Source: an uncultured delta proteobacterium | GTDB taxonomy: Bacteria; Myxococcota_A; Polyangia; Fen-1088 | Reading direction: 5' to 3' | Assembly: GCA_963737265.1 (NCBI GenBank) | Contig: CAVTRY010000014.1 | Location: forward strand, 96,001-160,000 | Length of the DNA: 64,000 bases | Part shown: positions 52,104-61,839 of the stretch, one piece after another | Position numbering within the stretch: position 1 is the first letter of the stretch | Layout of the letters: every line of letters begins with the position of its first letter | The notes under the pieces: model-generated | Seen by the model: only the letters and a program-made list of their open reading frames with translations | What the model was told of the DNA's origin: nothing | Databases searched by the model: none | Position numbers and translations under genes: made by a program

Positions 52104-52287
52104 GGGCGCCTGCAGTTTCTAATCGCGCGGCGAAAACCGCGAGAACGGCGCTCGCTTTCGGCCCGTGCTCGCTGCCCACCTCCCCGCGCGGGCCTGGCAA
52201 TGCTGCGCTAGGAGGCAAAGGCTGGCAAGCGCAAGTAGCTGACTTCATGGTGGTTTAACCTGGTTTTCTGGCACTCTCCCGGCGCCC

Positions 52288-52315
52288 TTGACAGCGGCGG
52301 GTTGGTGCTTAACCT
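52288..52315 (+). promoter_or_regulatory. Putative sigma70 promoter for fmdB-groES-groEL
   Basis: TTGACA-N16-TAACCT. Confidence 0.5.
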
Positions 52316-52367
52316 TTGTCTACCTGCTTCGCAGAGCAGCAGAACAAAACTAGACACCGAGCGACAG

Positions 52368-52739
52368 ATGCCAATTTACGAATACGAATGCCAGGCCTGC
52401 AACCATCGCTTCGAGGAATGGCAGAAGATGTCCGACAAGCCGGTCAAGGTTTGTCCGAAGTGCAAGGCGCGCAAGGTTGACAAGCTGATCAGCCACACGT
52501 CGTTCCAGCTCAAAGGTGGCGGTTGGTACAGCGATCTCTATTCCAGCCAGAAGCCGGGAAGCTCGGACAAGTCGGGCGACAAGCCCGAGTCGTCCGCCAG
52601 CAGCTCCGGGACGGGCGCCGACAAGAAGTCGGGCGCCGAGTCCAAGGCCGGCGAAACATCAGGTTCCACGTCCACGACCACGGACAGCAAAGACAAGAGC
52701 AAGGGCAAAAAGGGCGCGACCAAGGCAGCGGCTGCCTAG
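52368..52739 (+). CDS. FmdB-family zinc-ribbon protein
   Basis: MPIYEYECQACNH...CPKC...SFQLKGGGWYSDLY plus a low-complexity S/K tail. Confidence 0.92.
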   Translation: MPIYEYECQACNHRFEEWQKMSDKPVKVCPKCKARKVDKLISHTSFQLKGGGWYSDLYSSQKPGSSDKSGDKPESSASSSGTGADKKSGAESKAGETSGSTSTTTDSKDKSKGKKGATKAAAA

Positions 52740-52830
52740 CACCGTCTGCCAGAGCAGAGCGACCTGAGCGCCGCGCATGACCGTTCGGACGTGTCCGAAC
52801 GGGTTCATTCAATCAAGGAGAAAACGGAAA

Positions 52831-53118
52831 ATGAAAGTCAGACCACTCTACGATCGCATCCTCGTCAAACGCGTTGAGGAAGAAACCAAGACCGCCGGCG
52901 GGCTCTTCATCCCCGACACCGCCAAGGAAAAGCCCCAGAAGGGCTTGGTCGTTGCCGCGGGCAACGGCAAGCTTCTGGAAAACGGATCGATTCGCAAGCT
53001 GGACGTCAAGGAGGGCGACAAGGTTCTCTTCTCCAAGTACTCCGGCAACGACATCAAGATGGACGGCGTCGAGCACTTGATCCTCCGCGAGGACGATGTC
53101 CTCGCCATTCTCGAGTAG
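52831..53118 (+). CDS. groES: Co-chaperonin GroES
   Basis: [14 protein letters not shown]...[15 protein letters not shown]; AAGGAG RBS. Confidence 0.97.
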   Translation: MKVRPLYDRILVKRVEEETKTAGGLFIPDTAKEKPQKGLVVAAGNGKLLENGSIRKLDVKEGDKVLFSKYSGNDIKMDGVEHLILREDDVLAILE

Positions 53119-53136
53119 ATACGAAAGGAAATCATC

Positions 53137-54792
<1,656 letters not shown>

Positions 54793-54797
54793 GTAGA

Positions 54798-54923
54798 CCC
54801 GCGCTCTGGCTTCGGCGGGCAAGGCCCGCCTCCGCCAAATGTCCGTGATGGGAACCCTGAAAGGGTTCCCAAACCCTCCCGCGCTCTGGCTTCGGCGGGC
54901 AAAGCCCGCCTCCGCCAAACGTC
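54798..54923. repeat. Left part (~1.5 units) of an 80-bp REP-like two-hairpin tandem array
   Basis: Nearly identical to the units at 58474-58717; hairpins TGGGAACCC-tgaaa-GGGTTCCCA and GGCGGGC-aaa-GCCCGCC. Confidence 0.9.
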
Positions 54924-55062
54924 GGGTTTGCCCGGACATTCGCGTCATCGACTGAATTACCGGGCAGCTAAAGGAATTGGCGGGCAACCGCGCCGCAACT
55001 AGCGAATGGGGCGGCGTCGCGTTACCATGGCGACGACTCTCAACCCCACCGTGGAGGCTCGC

Positions 55063-55254
55063 ATGAATTCCGACACGCAAATGATCGTCCTTGGCGTCGA
55101 AGCGGTCCTTGGCATCGTCATCCTGTTCGCTCAGGTCAAGCTGTTCTCCATCGCGTCCACATTGACCGATTCCAAGACGAAGCTGACCGCGATTAGCTCC
55201 ACCTTGGACGCGATCCTTCAGGAAATGCACAAGAACCGGGACAAGCAAGCGTAG
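55063..55254 (+). CDS. Small membrane protein (63 aa, TM + amphipathic helix), transposon passenger
   Basis: GGAGG RBS; MIVLGVEAVLGIVILFAQV hydrophobic stretch. Confidence 0.6.
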   Translation: MNSDTQMIVLGVEAVLGIVILFAQVKLFSIASTLTDSKTKLTAISSTLDAILQEMHKNRDKQA

Positions 55255-55263
55255 GATGAATCC

Positions 55264-55431
55264 ATGCGAAAGACTCCCTGGCATTCGACCAAGAAGGGCA
55301 CGAGGCACTACCACAACAACGGAAAGTGCGGTCCTGGGGGCGAGATACCAGACCGCAATCGAGCGACGGGACCTGGCACAGGGTTGACCCTTTGCGAAGA
55401 CTGCAAGAAGCTCAACAGAGATGGCAAGTAG
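55264..55431 (+). CDS. 55-aa putative zinc-binding protein, transposon passenger
   Basis: Hand translation MRKTPWHSTKKGTRHYHNNGKCGPGGEIPDRNRATGPGTGLTLCEDCKKLNRDGK*, with H-x4-C and CxxC; below the ORF-track cutoff. Confidence 0.6.
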   Translation: MRKTPWHSTKKGTRHYHNNGKCGPGGEIPDRNRATGPGTGLTLCEDCKKLNRDGK

Positions 55432-55435
55432 GAAG

Positions 55436-55828
55436 CTAGGCACGAAGCTTTCCTCCTCTCCACTTCGCTCGCTGGTCATGCTTCGGATCTTCGCGTAGAG
55501 CATCGGTCCTGACGAATTCGATTTCCCACTGCGGCCCGACAAGCTCTAGATCGAGGACATCCCAAACCCTGCAAAGACGGGCTACTTTCAGTCCATTCTG
55601 CTGTGCCACCGCGACCGCGCGCAGTCCTTCATAGTGTTCCCCGCTGAACCATACGGTGGGATCCCTTCGTGGGTGAGTATCGCCACCCTCGCAGGATTCG
55701 ATGGTTTCAATCCCGCCTTCTTGCAGAAGACGCACGGCCCTAGCAATGCCCTGATCGATAGGACGCGCGCCGCGACCTTCGGGAGGGGTTTTCCGCTCCC
55801 GCGTTATTGCCGAGCGCGATCCTCTCAT
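55436..55828 (-). CDS. Hypothetical passenger protein with D.GI..V..L...G.ET..SCEG motif
   Basis: ATG at 55828 overlaps the stop of the HTH gene (ATGA); IDQGIARAVRLLQEGGIETIESCEGG. Confidence 0.65.
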   Translation of the reverse strand: MRGSRSAITRERKTPPEGRGARPIDQGIARAVRLLQEGGIETIESCEGGDTHPRRDPTVWFSGEHYEGLRAVAVAQQNGLKVARLCRVWDVLDLELVGPQWEIEFVRTDALREDPKHDQRAKWRGGKLRA

Positions 55829-56109
55829 GGCCTGACACCTACTTCTGGCCCACGTCCACAATGTGGGCATGTTCCGGCCAGAGGGTACCTCCCAGACACC
55901 ACGTCATCGAATAGCACGCACGCCAGCCTGGATACCTGGAAGGCCAGATTGACCGACGCTGGGTTGACGCCCTTGTCGATGTTTTTCATGGTGCTCAACT
56001 CGAAGCCAAGCGCCTTGGCGAGCATCTTCCACGTGCCCACTCGAATGCGCAGGAAGCGCAGAGCGGCCATGACGTTCGCCCGCTGCTCCTTGCTCAGTCC
56101 GCGTCTCAC
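55825..56109 (-). CDS. XRE-like HTH protein with C-terminal CPHC
   Basis: WKMLAKALGFELSTMKNIDKG helix-turn-helix pattern; GTG overlaps the transposase stop (GTGA). Confidence 0.7.
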   Translation of the reverse strand: MRRGLSKEQRANVMAALRFLRIRVGTWKMLAKALGFELSTMKNIDKGVNPASVNLAFQVSRLACVLFDDVVSGRYPLAGTCPHCGRGPEVGVRP

Positions 56110-57341
56110 GCTGTCACCTTCCTAAGAAAGCTTGGCTCTATGCCGAGCTTGTGCATGGCCATGACCAAGCACGACAGATTGTGACAGAGCACCTTGCACA
56201 AGATCTCGTTAACCTGTGCGGTGAAAGTCTTGGAGCGCACGGACTGGCCAAACTTGCGCTTGACCGCTGAAAAGGTGCTTTCGATGGCGCTGCGCTTGGA
56301 GTAGGCCGCGAGAAAATCCTCGTGCTTAAACATGAAGACCGCGCGCATCTTGCGCCACGCTGGCGATCCATCGTCCTGGCTGTTGATCTTGAAAGGTATG
56401 AATGGCGAAGCGCCGGCGGCTTCGATGGCGGCTAGATTCTCGTGCCCGAGATACGCCTTGTCCGCCGAGACTTCTGCCATGCCTACGAAGCGTTGCTTCG
56501 TAGCTTCCACCAAGCCGGGGAGTTGGGGAGAGTCCGCGCCGCTGCTGTCCGTAACCCGGACGGCGGTGATGATGTTTGTCGATGTTCCGATCATCGCGTG
56601 CGCCTTCAGCCAGGTATGCTCCTTCATCTCGCGTCCGTACTTCTGATCATACCAGCGACGGCAAATGGCAGTGCCAAAACCAGTCGAGTCCACCGCAAAG
56701 GCAGTCTCGACGGCGGCCAGGGGCTCCGCGCTTTGTTCTATCAGCTTCGTCAGAAGCTCGGTCACCTCGACCTTGTCGAAGTAGTCGATGATCGTGTTGT
56801 AGCGTGGCACCTTGGTCATGTGGCCAGCTTCGCCAGACGCTTCCAGGTCTGTCGTCGCGCGACGGGCGGACATCGCCACGTAGACCTTCATTACCATCGC
56901 AAAGACGGCGTCAGAGAGAGGCACTGGCTTGCGACCACGGCCCGCATGCGCCGGAGTCTTGATGCCGTCGCAGAGCCCACGCAGAAGGTGCTCAACCGTC
57001 TCCTTCTCCTCGCACTGGGCGGTGTTGTAGGCGTTCCAGTCGCGATCTTGCGGCGCCCGGCTGTAGCTGATGGACTGGGTAACAACGTCTCCCTTTTCAG
57101 ACTTCGCAACCGTCTGTGCGAATTCCACGGCCCACTGGTGCTTGCAGCGTATGCGGCGAAGCTCGAAATCGGGGCATGAGCAGGTGCCTTCCGCCACGTT
57201 GACGAGGTAGCCGCCCGATGGCTGGGTTTGCGATGGCACAAGCCAAGTCACGCCCGCCACGCACTTGATCCGGTTGTCATGCGAAAGCATCCTGCCGCGC
57301 TCTTGCCGAAGATCCGTTGTGCTCGCCTGCGTTGTCGTCAT
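56106..57341 (-). CDS. DDE transposase (IS5/IS4 superfamily) with N-terminal SWIM zinc finger
   Basis: CSCPDFELRRIRCKH (SWIM), DWNAYN, AVDSTGF, WLKAH, ADKAY, and YSKRSAIESTFSAVK matching Y-x2-R-x3-E-x6-K. Confidence 0.92.
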   Translation of the reverse strand: MTTTQASTTDLRQERGRMLSHDNRIKCVAGVTWLVPSQTQPSGGYLVNVAEGTCSCPDFELRRIRCKHQWAVEFAQTVAKSEKGDVVTQSISYSRAPQDRDWNAYNTAQCEEKETVEHLLRGLCDGIKTPAHAGRGRKPVPLSDAVFAMVMKVYVAMSARRATTDLEASGEAGHMTKVPRYNTIIDYFDKVEVTELLTKLIEQSAEPLAAVETAFAVDSTGFGTAICRRWYDQKYGREMKEHTWLKAHAMIGTSTNIITAVRVTDSSGADSPQLPGLVEATKQRFVGMAEVSADKAYLGHENLAAIEAAGASPFIPFKINSQDDGSPAWRKMRAVFMFKHEDFLAAYSKRSAIESTFSAVKRKFGQSVRSKTFTAQVNEILCKVLCHNLSCLVMAMHKLGIEPSFLRKVTA

Positions 57342-57347
57342 GATTAT

Positions 57348-57415
57348 ATGTATACATTAGCGCGCGTGAAGATGCAAGGTAAATGTGTTGACAATAACAT
57401 GACGCCTGGTATCCT
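57348..57415. promoter_or_regulatory. Divergent sigma70 promoters for the transposase and RHH genes, with a palindromic site
   Basis: Minus strand TTGCAT-N17-TATACA, 7 nt before the transposase ATG. Plus strand TTGACA-N16-TATCCT, 6 nt before ATG 57422. Palindrome ATGTATACAT at 57348-57357. Confidence 0.6.
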
Positions 57416-57421
57416 CAAATC

Positions 57422-57604
57422 ATGAGCCCAGCACCACGCAAAAAGGCGTCAGAGCGACGCGAGACGCCACTCCAGATCCGTCTGACCGCAGAGGAAAAGA
57501 AGATGTTCACTGAGGCGGCCGACCGCGACCACCTATCAATATCGGCGTGGCTACGCCTGGCGGGCCTTCACGCCATCGAGAACCGACACAAGCTGAAGGG
57601 ATGA
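57422..57604 (+). CDS. Ribbon-helix-helix DNA-binding protein (DUF1778/MobC-like)
   Basis: LQIRLTAEEKKMFTEAADRDHLSISAWLR strand-helix-helix pattern. Confidence 0.75.
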   Translation: MSPAPRKKASERRETPLQIRLTAEEKKMFTEAADRDHLSISAWLRLAGLHAIENRHKLKG

Positions 57605-57606
57605 TC

Positions 57607-58332
57607 CTACTCGTCATCGCCCTGACTGGGTGTCAGGCTGATTCCAAAATCACGAACGTCCTTACGCATCTCGACGATGACCTCGCTAATGTCTTCAATG
57701 TTTGAGTAGCGAGGCTTAGGCGATCCAACGATCTTGCCGCGTTTGTTCACATCCAATCTGGGTTTGCCCAGAATCTTCACTAGTTCGTCGAGCACCTGAC
57801 TCCGGAAGGCAGCGTTGTTCTTCAGTTCCTCAGTGTTAGCCCCAACGATGCCGCGTAGAGAACTCAACGAAGCCGAGAAATCCTCACGAGCCCCGCTCAC
57901 CCGAGCGGATTGAGTTTGATCGTACTGCTCCATGGCTTTCAAAAGCGAGGCAGAAACAGCCGCGAGTTGATCCGCAACCGGCGTTTCAAAGCCTGACAGC
58001 TTCTTCTCAAGACCCGCCAACCTGTTTTCATACTGCAACCCACGCCGCGCGTTTGCTTGAGTTTGTAGCGCGAAGTGAAGAACCAACATTGCCCACAGCG
58101 CGAAAGCAAGATTCAACAGAATAGCTCCGAGTCTTGCCTCGACGGATAGAAGCTGAGGCAATCCAAGAAAGAAGATGCACCCCAGGACGGTCACAACCAG
58201 CACACCGGCAATGATCTCTGCCGTCCTCGGGTTAAGACGTGGCATGACCCGCTCCGCCAAGCGCAAAAGACCAGCGATTGCTACAAACTCGATGAGCGCC
58301 CCTATGGCGGCTCCCAGAATGATGTCTCGCAT
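57607..58332 (-). CDS. Hypothetical membrane protein (3 TM + helical tail), transposon passenger
   Basis: Three hydrophobic segments then heptad-like region; more AT-rich than the host genes. Confidence 0.65.
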   Translation of the reverse strand: MRDIILGAAIGALIEFVAIAGLLRLAERVMPRLNPRTAEIIAGVLVVTVLGCIFFLGLPQLLSVEARLGAILLNLAFALWAMLVLHFALQTQANARRGLQYENRLAGLEKKLSGFETPVADQLAAVSASLLKAMEQYDQTQSARVSGAREDFSASLSSLRGIVGANTEELKNNAAFRSQVLDELVKILGKPRLDVNKRGKIVGSPKPRYSNIEDISEVIVEMRKDVRDFGISLTPSQGDDE

Positions 58333-58473
58333 GGCGCGCGATGCTACCACCGCCGCCCCCGCGCCGTAAGCACGCCGCAGCGCCCGCGTGGCCCATCATG
58401 TCACCGGCCCCTTTCGGGAATTGCCGGGCAGCCGGGGGAATTCTCGGGCAGGTGAGAATTGGCGGGCAAGCCC

Positions 58474-58717
58474 CCAAACGTCCGTGATGGGAACCCTGAA
58501 AGGGTTCCCAAACCCTCCCGCGCTCTGGCTTCGGCGGGCAAAGCCCGCCTCCGCCAAACGTCCGTGATGGGAACCCTGAAAGGGTTCCCAAACCCTCCCG
58601 CGCTCTGGCTTCGGCGGGCAAAGCCCGCCTCCGCCAAACGTCCGTGATGGGAACCCTGAAAGGGTTCCCAAACCCTCCCGCGCTCTGGCTTCGGCGGGCA
58701 AAGCCCGCCTCCGCCAA
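58474..58717. repeat. Right part (3 identical units) of the 80-bp REP-like tandem array
   Basis: ccaaacgtccgtgatgggaaccctgaaagggttcccaaaccctcccgcgctctggcttcggcgggcaaagcccgcctccg three times, with no spacers. Confidence 0.95.
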
Positions 58718-58812
58718 CGCGGTCGCCCGAAAAGGTACTGTCTAGAGCGCCCGGCAGTTTTCCCGTCGGGCGTTTTTCTAGCGCCCTCCGCGGTGGCGGT
58801 TACAATGGAAGC

Positions 58813-59208
58813 GTGATCGCCGAAGTCGTGGACAATCGCAGAAGAGATCCTCGCATCGAGGTCTTCGCCCAGGCCGAGGTAAAGGCCAAGGATGTCCAGA
58901 TCATGGAGGTCCGCAATGTGTCCACGGGCGGGATCTATCTCGTCGGCACGTCCGCCCAATATCCCGACCTGGCTCCTGGCAAGGATCTCGGCCTCGTGAT
59001 CTTCGGCCTGGAAGATGGCTTGGGCGACGACCCGACCTTCAATATTGTCTGCCGTGCGCGCATCATTCGCATCGACGAGGGCTTTCCGGGCAAGCGTCCG
59101 CCCGGTTTCGGCGCCACCATCGATCCCATCGACGAAGACAACCGCGACCGCCTGACCAACCTGCTTTTGCGGGCCGACCATTTCCGGGCGGGCGATCCGC
59201 GCCGGTAG
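58813..59208 (+). CDS. PilZ domain protein
   Basis: RRRDPR (RxxxR) and NVSTGG (D/NxSxxG) c-di-GMP motifs. Confidence 0.85.
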   Translation: MIAEVVDNRRRDPRIEVFAQAEVKAKDVQIMEVRNVSTGGIYLVGTSAQYPDLAPGKDLGLVIFGLEDGLGDDPTFNIVCRARIIRIDEGFPGKRPPGFGATIDPIDEDNRDRLTNLLLRADHFRAGDPRR

Positions 59209-59262
59209 TCGCGACAAGCACGAAAGTAGCGGAAGCCGCGGCCGAGTGGTAACAGGAAGAGA

Positions 59263-59634
59263 GTGTTGCGGCTTCTTAGGCTGATGTTCTTCCTGGGCTG
59301 TCTTGTGGCCCTGGCCTGGTTTGGCATGACCGTGCCACTCGGGGATCGAACCCTGTTCGAGCACGTGCAGGCGATCTTGAAAACGAATGCGTCGCAAGAT
59401 CTCTTGCGCGGCACCAAGGAAAAAATGAGCGACCTCGTGGATCGCGCGACCGACAAAGTCGTCAAGGGCGTTGCCAGGAATACGCCCAGCCAGGTCAACT
59501 CGCGCGGCGAGGGCGCGGGGCAAGAGCCAGGCGTCACTCCGCCTCCGCCACCTCCGATGGAAGACTTGCCCGCCAAGGATCGCAAGGCGCTGCGCGGGAT
59601 CATCGGGCAAGGTCGCCCCGTGAACAACCCGTGA
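59263..59634 (+). CDS. Hypothetical membrane-anchored protein
   Basis: N-terminal TM, TVPLGDRTLFEH motif and Pro-rich linker; lies between PilZ and cyaY on the same strand. Confidence 0.7.
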   Translation: MLRLLRLMFFLGCLVALAWFGMTVPLGDRTLFEHVQAILKTNASQDLLRGTKEKMSDLVDRATDKVVKGVARNTPSQVNSRGEGAGQEPGVTPPPPPPMEDLPAKDRKALRGIIGQGRPVNNP

Positions 59635-59645
59635 TGGGAAGAAAA

Positions 59646-59978
59646 ATGGAAGAGAACGATTACCGCCAGCGCGTGGATGAAATCTTCCGCCGCATCGACG
59701 CAGCCTTCGAAAACGTGGATCCCGATCTGGCTGAATCGGACTATGCCCAGGGCACGCTGGTCATTACCTTTCGCCAGGCGCACAAGTTGATCTTGTCGCC
59801 GCAGACGCCGCTGCGACAAATCTGGATGGCGTTTCGCGACCGCGCCTGGCATTTCGCCTTTGCAGAGACGAGCGGGCGACCAGAAACGTGGACCGACGAC
59901 CGCGGCCAGGGCGTGGAGTTGCTGGGGCTCATCGCAGAGCTAGCGCGCGAAAACGCCTCGTCACAGATAGCGTTCTGA
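59646..59978 (+). CDS. cyaY: Iron donor protein CyaY (frataxin-like)
   Basis: Acidic first helix, GTLVITF and ILSPQTPLRQIWMA...WHF motifs. Confidence 0.85.
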   Translation: MEENDYRQRVDEIFRRIDAAFENVDPDLAESDYAQGTLVITFRQAHKLILSPQTPLRQIWMAFRDRAWHFAFAETSGRPETWTDDRGQGVELLGLIAELARENASSQIAF

Positions 59979-59982
59979 CGTT

Positions 59983-61818
59983 CTAGATCGGATAGTCAGG
60001 CGGTCCCACGGAGCCGCCCATGGTGTGGCCTTCGCGCCACAGGGCTTCTTCCATGGCTGCAAGCAACGGCCCAATGGTTTGTCGGTCGAGCGCGCTCACC
60101 GCCAAAACGCGGCCGCTGTCTTCGAGGATGGCTCTCTCCTCGGTCTGTAGGCGGTCGGCCTTGTTGTAGACCAGCAGGCGCGGCGTCTCGGCCAGATTCA
60201 AATCGCCGAGGATGCGCTCTACCGCGGTGATGTGGGCATCGCGATCCGGATCCGATGCATCGACCAGGTGGAGCAAGAGATCGGCGTTGTCCAGCTCCTC
60301 CAGCGTGGCGCGGAACGCTTGCGCGAGATCCTTGGGCAGATCGCGTATAAATCCCACGGTGTCGGCGAGAATCAACTCTCGCTCGCGCGGGAAGCGCAGC
60401 CGGCGGGTGGTCGGATCGAGGGTGGCGAAGAGCTTGTCTTCCACCAAGACGTCGCTGCCGGTGAGACTGTTCAGCAGGGTGGACTTGCCAGCGTTGGTGT
60501 AGCCCACGATGGCGACGACAGGCAGTCCGTGGCCTTCCCGCGCAGAGCGCCGGTTCGCGCGCTGGCGGCGGGTTTGCTCGATGTCTTTTTCCAAGCGATG
60601 CAACCGCTCGCGCGCACGGCGGCGGCCGATTTCTAGCTTGGTCTCGCCCGGGCCGCGCCCGCCAATGCCTCCCACCAGGCGACTCATCATGGTGTTTTCT
60701 TCCTGCAGTCGCGGCAGGCGATAGCGCAATTGCGCCAGCTCGACTTGCAGCTTGGCGTCCCGGCTGCGCGCGCGCTGGGCGAAGATGTCGAGAATCAGAA
60801 TGGTTCGATCGATCACCTTGAGATCGGTAAACGACGCGATGGCATGGGCCTGGCCCGGCGACAGATCAGGATCGAAAATCAGCACGCTGGCATCGAACTG
60901 CATGGCGCGCACAAGCACGTCCTCGAGCTTGCCGCGACCGATGAGGTAGCGCGGATCGGGTTCGGGCCGTCGCTGCACCGCCACGTCCACCACCAGAATG
61001 CCGGCGGTTCGGCACAGCTCGCGCAGCTCGTGTACGCGGCTATTGTCTTGGGAACCCTGGGCGGGTTCCCAAACCTTCCCGCGAGGCTCCGCTGCCGGCA
61101 AAGCCGGCAGGCTCCGCACGCGACTATTGTCTTGGGAACCCTGGGCGGGTTCCCAAACCTTCCCGCGAGGCTCCGCTGCCGGCAAAGCCGGCAGGCTCCG
61201 CACGCGACTATCGCCGCGCGATTTGCCGATCTCCGCCACGACCAGCAGGGCGCGCTCGGCCGAGCGGGTCGCGCGCGTGGAGGGCAGCACGCGCTCGAAT
61301 TCTTCTTCCAGCGCGGCGATGATCTCGGCGGGATCGACGGGCGCGCGGTGGAACGGCGCGGGTGGCAGTGAGACCCAGGGCGATTTGCCTTCGCGGGGTG
61401 GGACCAGGTGGGCAAGGTGAAGATCGGCGGGCCGGCCTTCGTGATTGACGCCCACGGCGGCGACGAGATCCAGGCGCAAGAGAGCGAGATCGACGAGATC
61501 GTCGCGCGACAGGGTTTCGTTGCGCAAGTGGGTGTGCACCAGGCGTAGCCCGCGAAAGCGGCCGTGACCAGCGCGGAGGCGTCCGACCTCGGGCAGAACG
61601 ATGCGCGAGGCGTCGCCCACGAAGACATGCTCGATATCGCCCCGGCGTGAGATGAGCACGCCGACTTGGCGCCCGATGCTTCGCGATACCTCGCACAAGT
61701 AGGCGCCAAGCTCGGCCGAGACGACATCGTTGGGCGCGACCCGTCGGCGGTACACGCGTTCGAGGGCCGACAGCTCCGAGGGCTTGAGGCCCGCGCGATT
61801 TCCCGTCACCTCGTGCAT
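59983..61818 (-). CDS. hflX: GTPase HflX (long N-terminal form) with a 56-aa in-frame repeat insertion
   Basis: [51 protein letters not shown] and NKAD motifs. Confidence 0.95.
   Translation of the reverse strand: MHEVTGNRAGLKPSELSALERVYRRRVAPNDVVSAELGAYLCEVSRSIGRQVGVLISRRGDIEHVFVGDASRIVLPEVGRLRAGHGRFRGLRLVHTHLRNETLSRDDLVDLALLRLDLVAAVGVNHEGRPADLHLAHLVPPREGKSPWVSLPPAPFHRAPVDPAEIIAALEEEFERVLPSTRATRSAERALLVVAEIGKSRGDSRVRSLPALPAAEPRGKVWEPAQGSQDNSRVRSLPALPAAEPRGKVWEPAQGSQDNSRVHELRELCRTAGILVVDVAVQRRPEPDPRYLIGRGKLEDVLVRAMQFDASVLIFDPDLSPGQAHAIASFTDLKVIDRTILILDIFAQRARSRDAKLQVELAQLRYRLPRLQEENTMMSRLVGGIGGRGPGETKLEIGRRRARERLHRLEKDIEQTRRQRANRRSAREGHGLPVVAIVGYTNAGKSTLLNSLTGSDVLVEDKLFATLDPTTRRLRFPRERELILADTVGFIRDLPKDLAQAFRATLEELDNADLLLHLVDASDPDRDAHITAVERILGDLNLAETPRLLVYNKADRLQTEERAILEDSGRVLAVSALDRQTIGPLLAAMEEALWREGHTMGGSVGPPDYPI
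61034..61211. repeat. 84-bp tandem palindromic repeat (2 units) inside hflX
   Basis: Two identical 74-bp cores separated and flanked by acgcg(g/a)ctat; encodes [28 protein letters not shown] twice. Confidence 0.92.
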
Positions 61819-61839
61819 GCGGGCTCAAAAGTGTTGATA

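Larger units (their letters stand above)
54924..58473. mobile_element. 3,550-bp IS5-like transposon with passenger genes
   Basis: TIRs GGGTTTGCCCGGACATTC (54924-54941) and revcomp GGGCTTGCCCGCCAATTC (58456-58473), 14/18 identical; 9-bp duplication CCAAACGTC at 54915-54923 and 58474-58482; internal DDE transposase. Confidence 0.85.

Noticed and set aside
52269-52296. CIRCE/HrcA operator upstream of groES-groEL
   Set aside because: Only a half-site (TGGCACTC) is present; there is no GAGTGC arm at the 9-bp spacing.
54924-58473. Prophage remnant or integron cassette array
   Set aside because: No integrase, structural genes or attC-type sites; TIRs, TSD and a DDE transposase explain the region.
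58474-58717. Possible CRISPR array
   Set aside because: Units are identical head-to-tail 80-mers with no unique spacers, and no cas genes are in the window.
58232-58717. ORFs with repeating peptides (MAEAGFARRSQ..., GRVWEPFQGS)
   Set aside because: Translations of the non-coding 80-bp array; the unit length is not a multiple of three.
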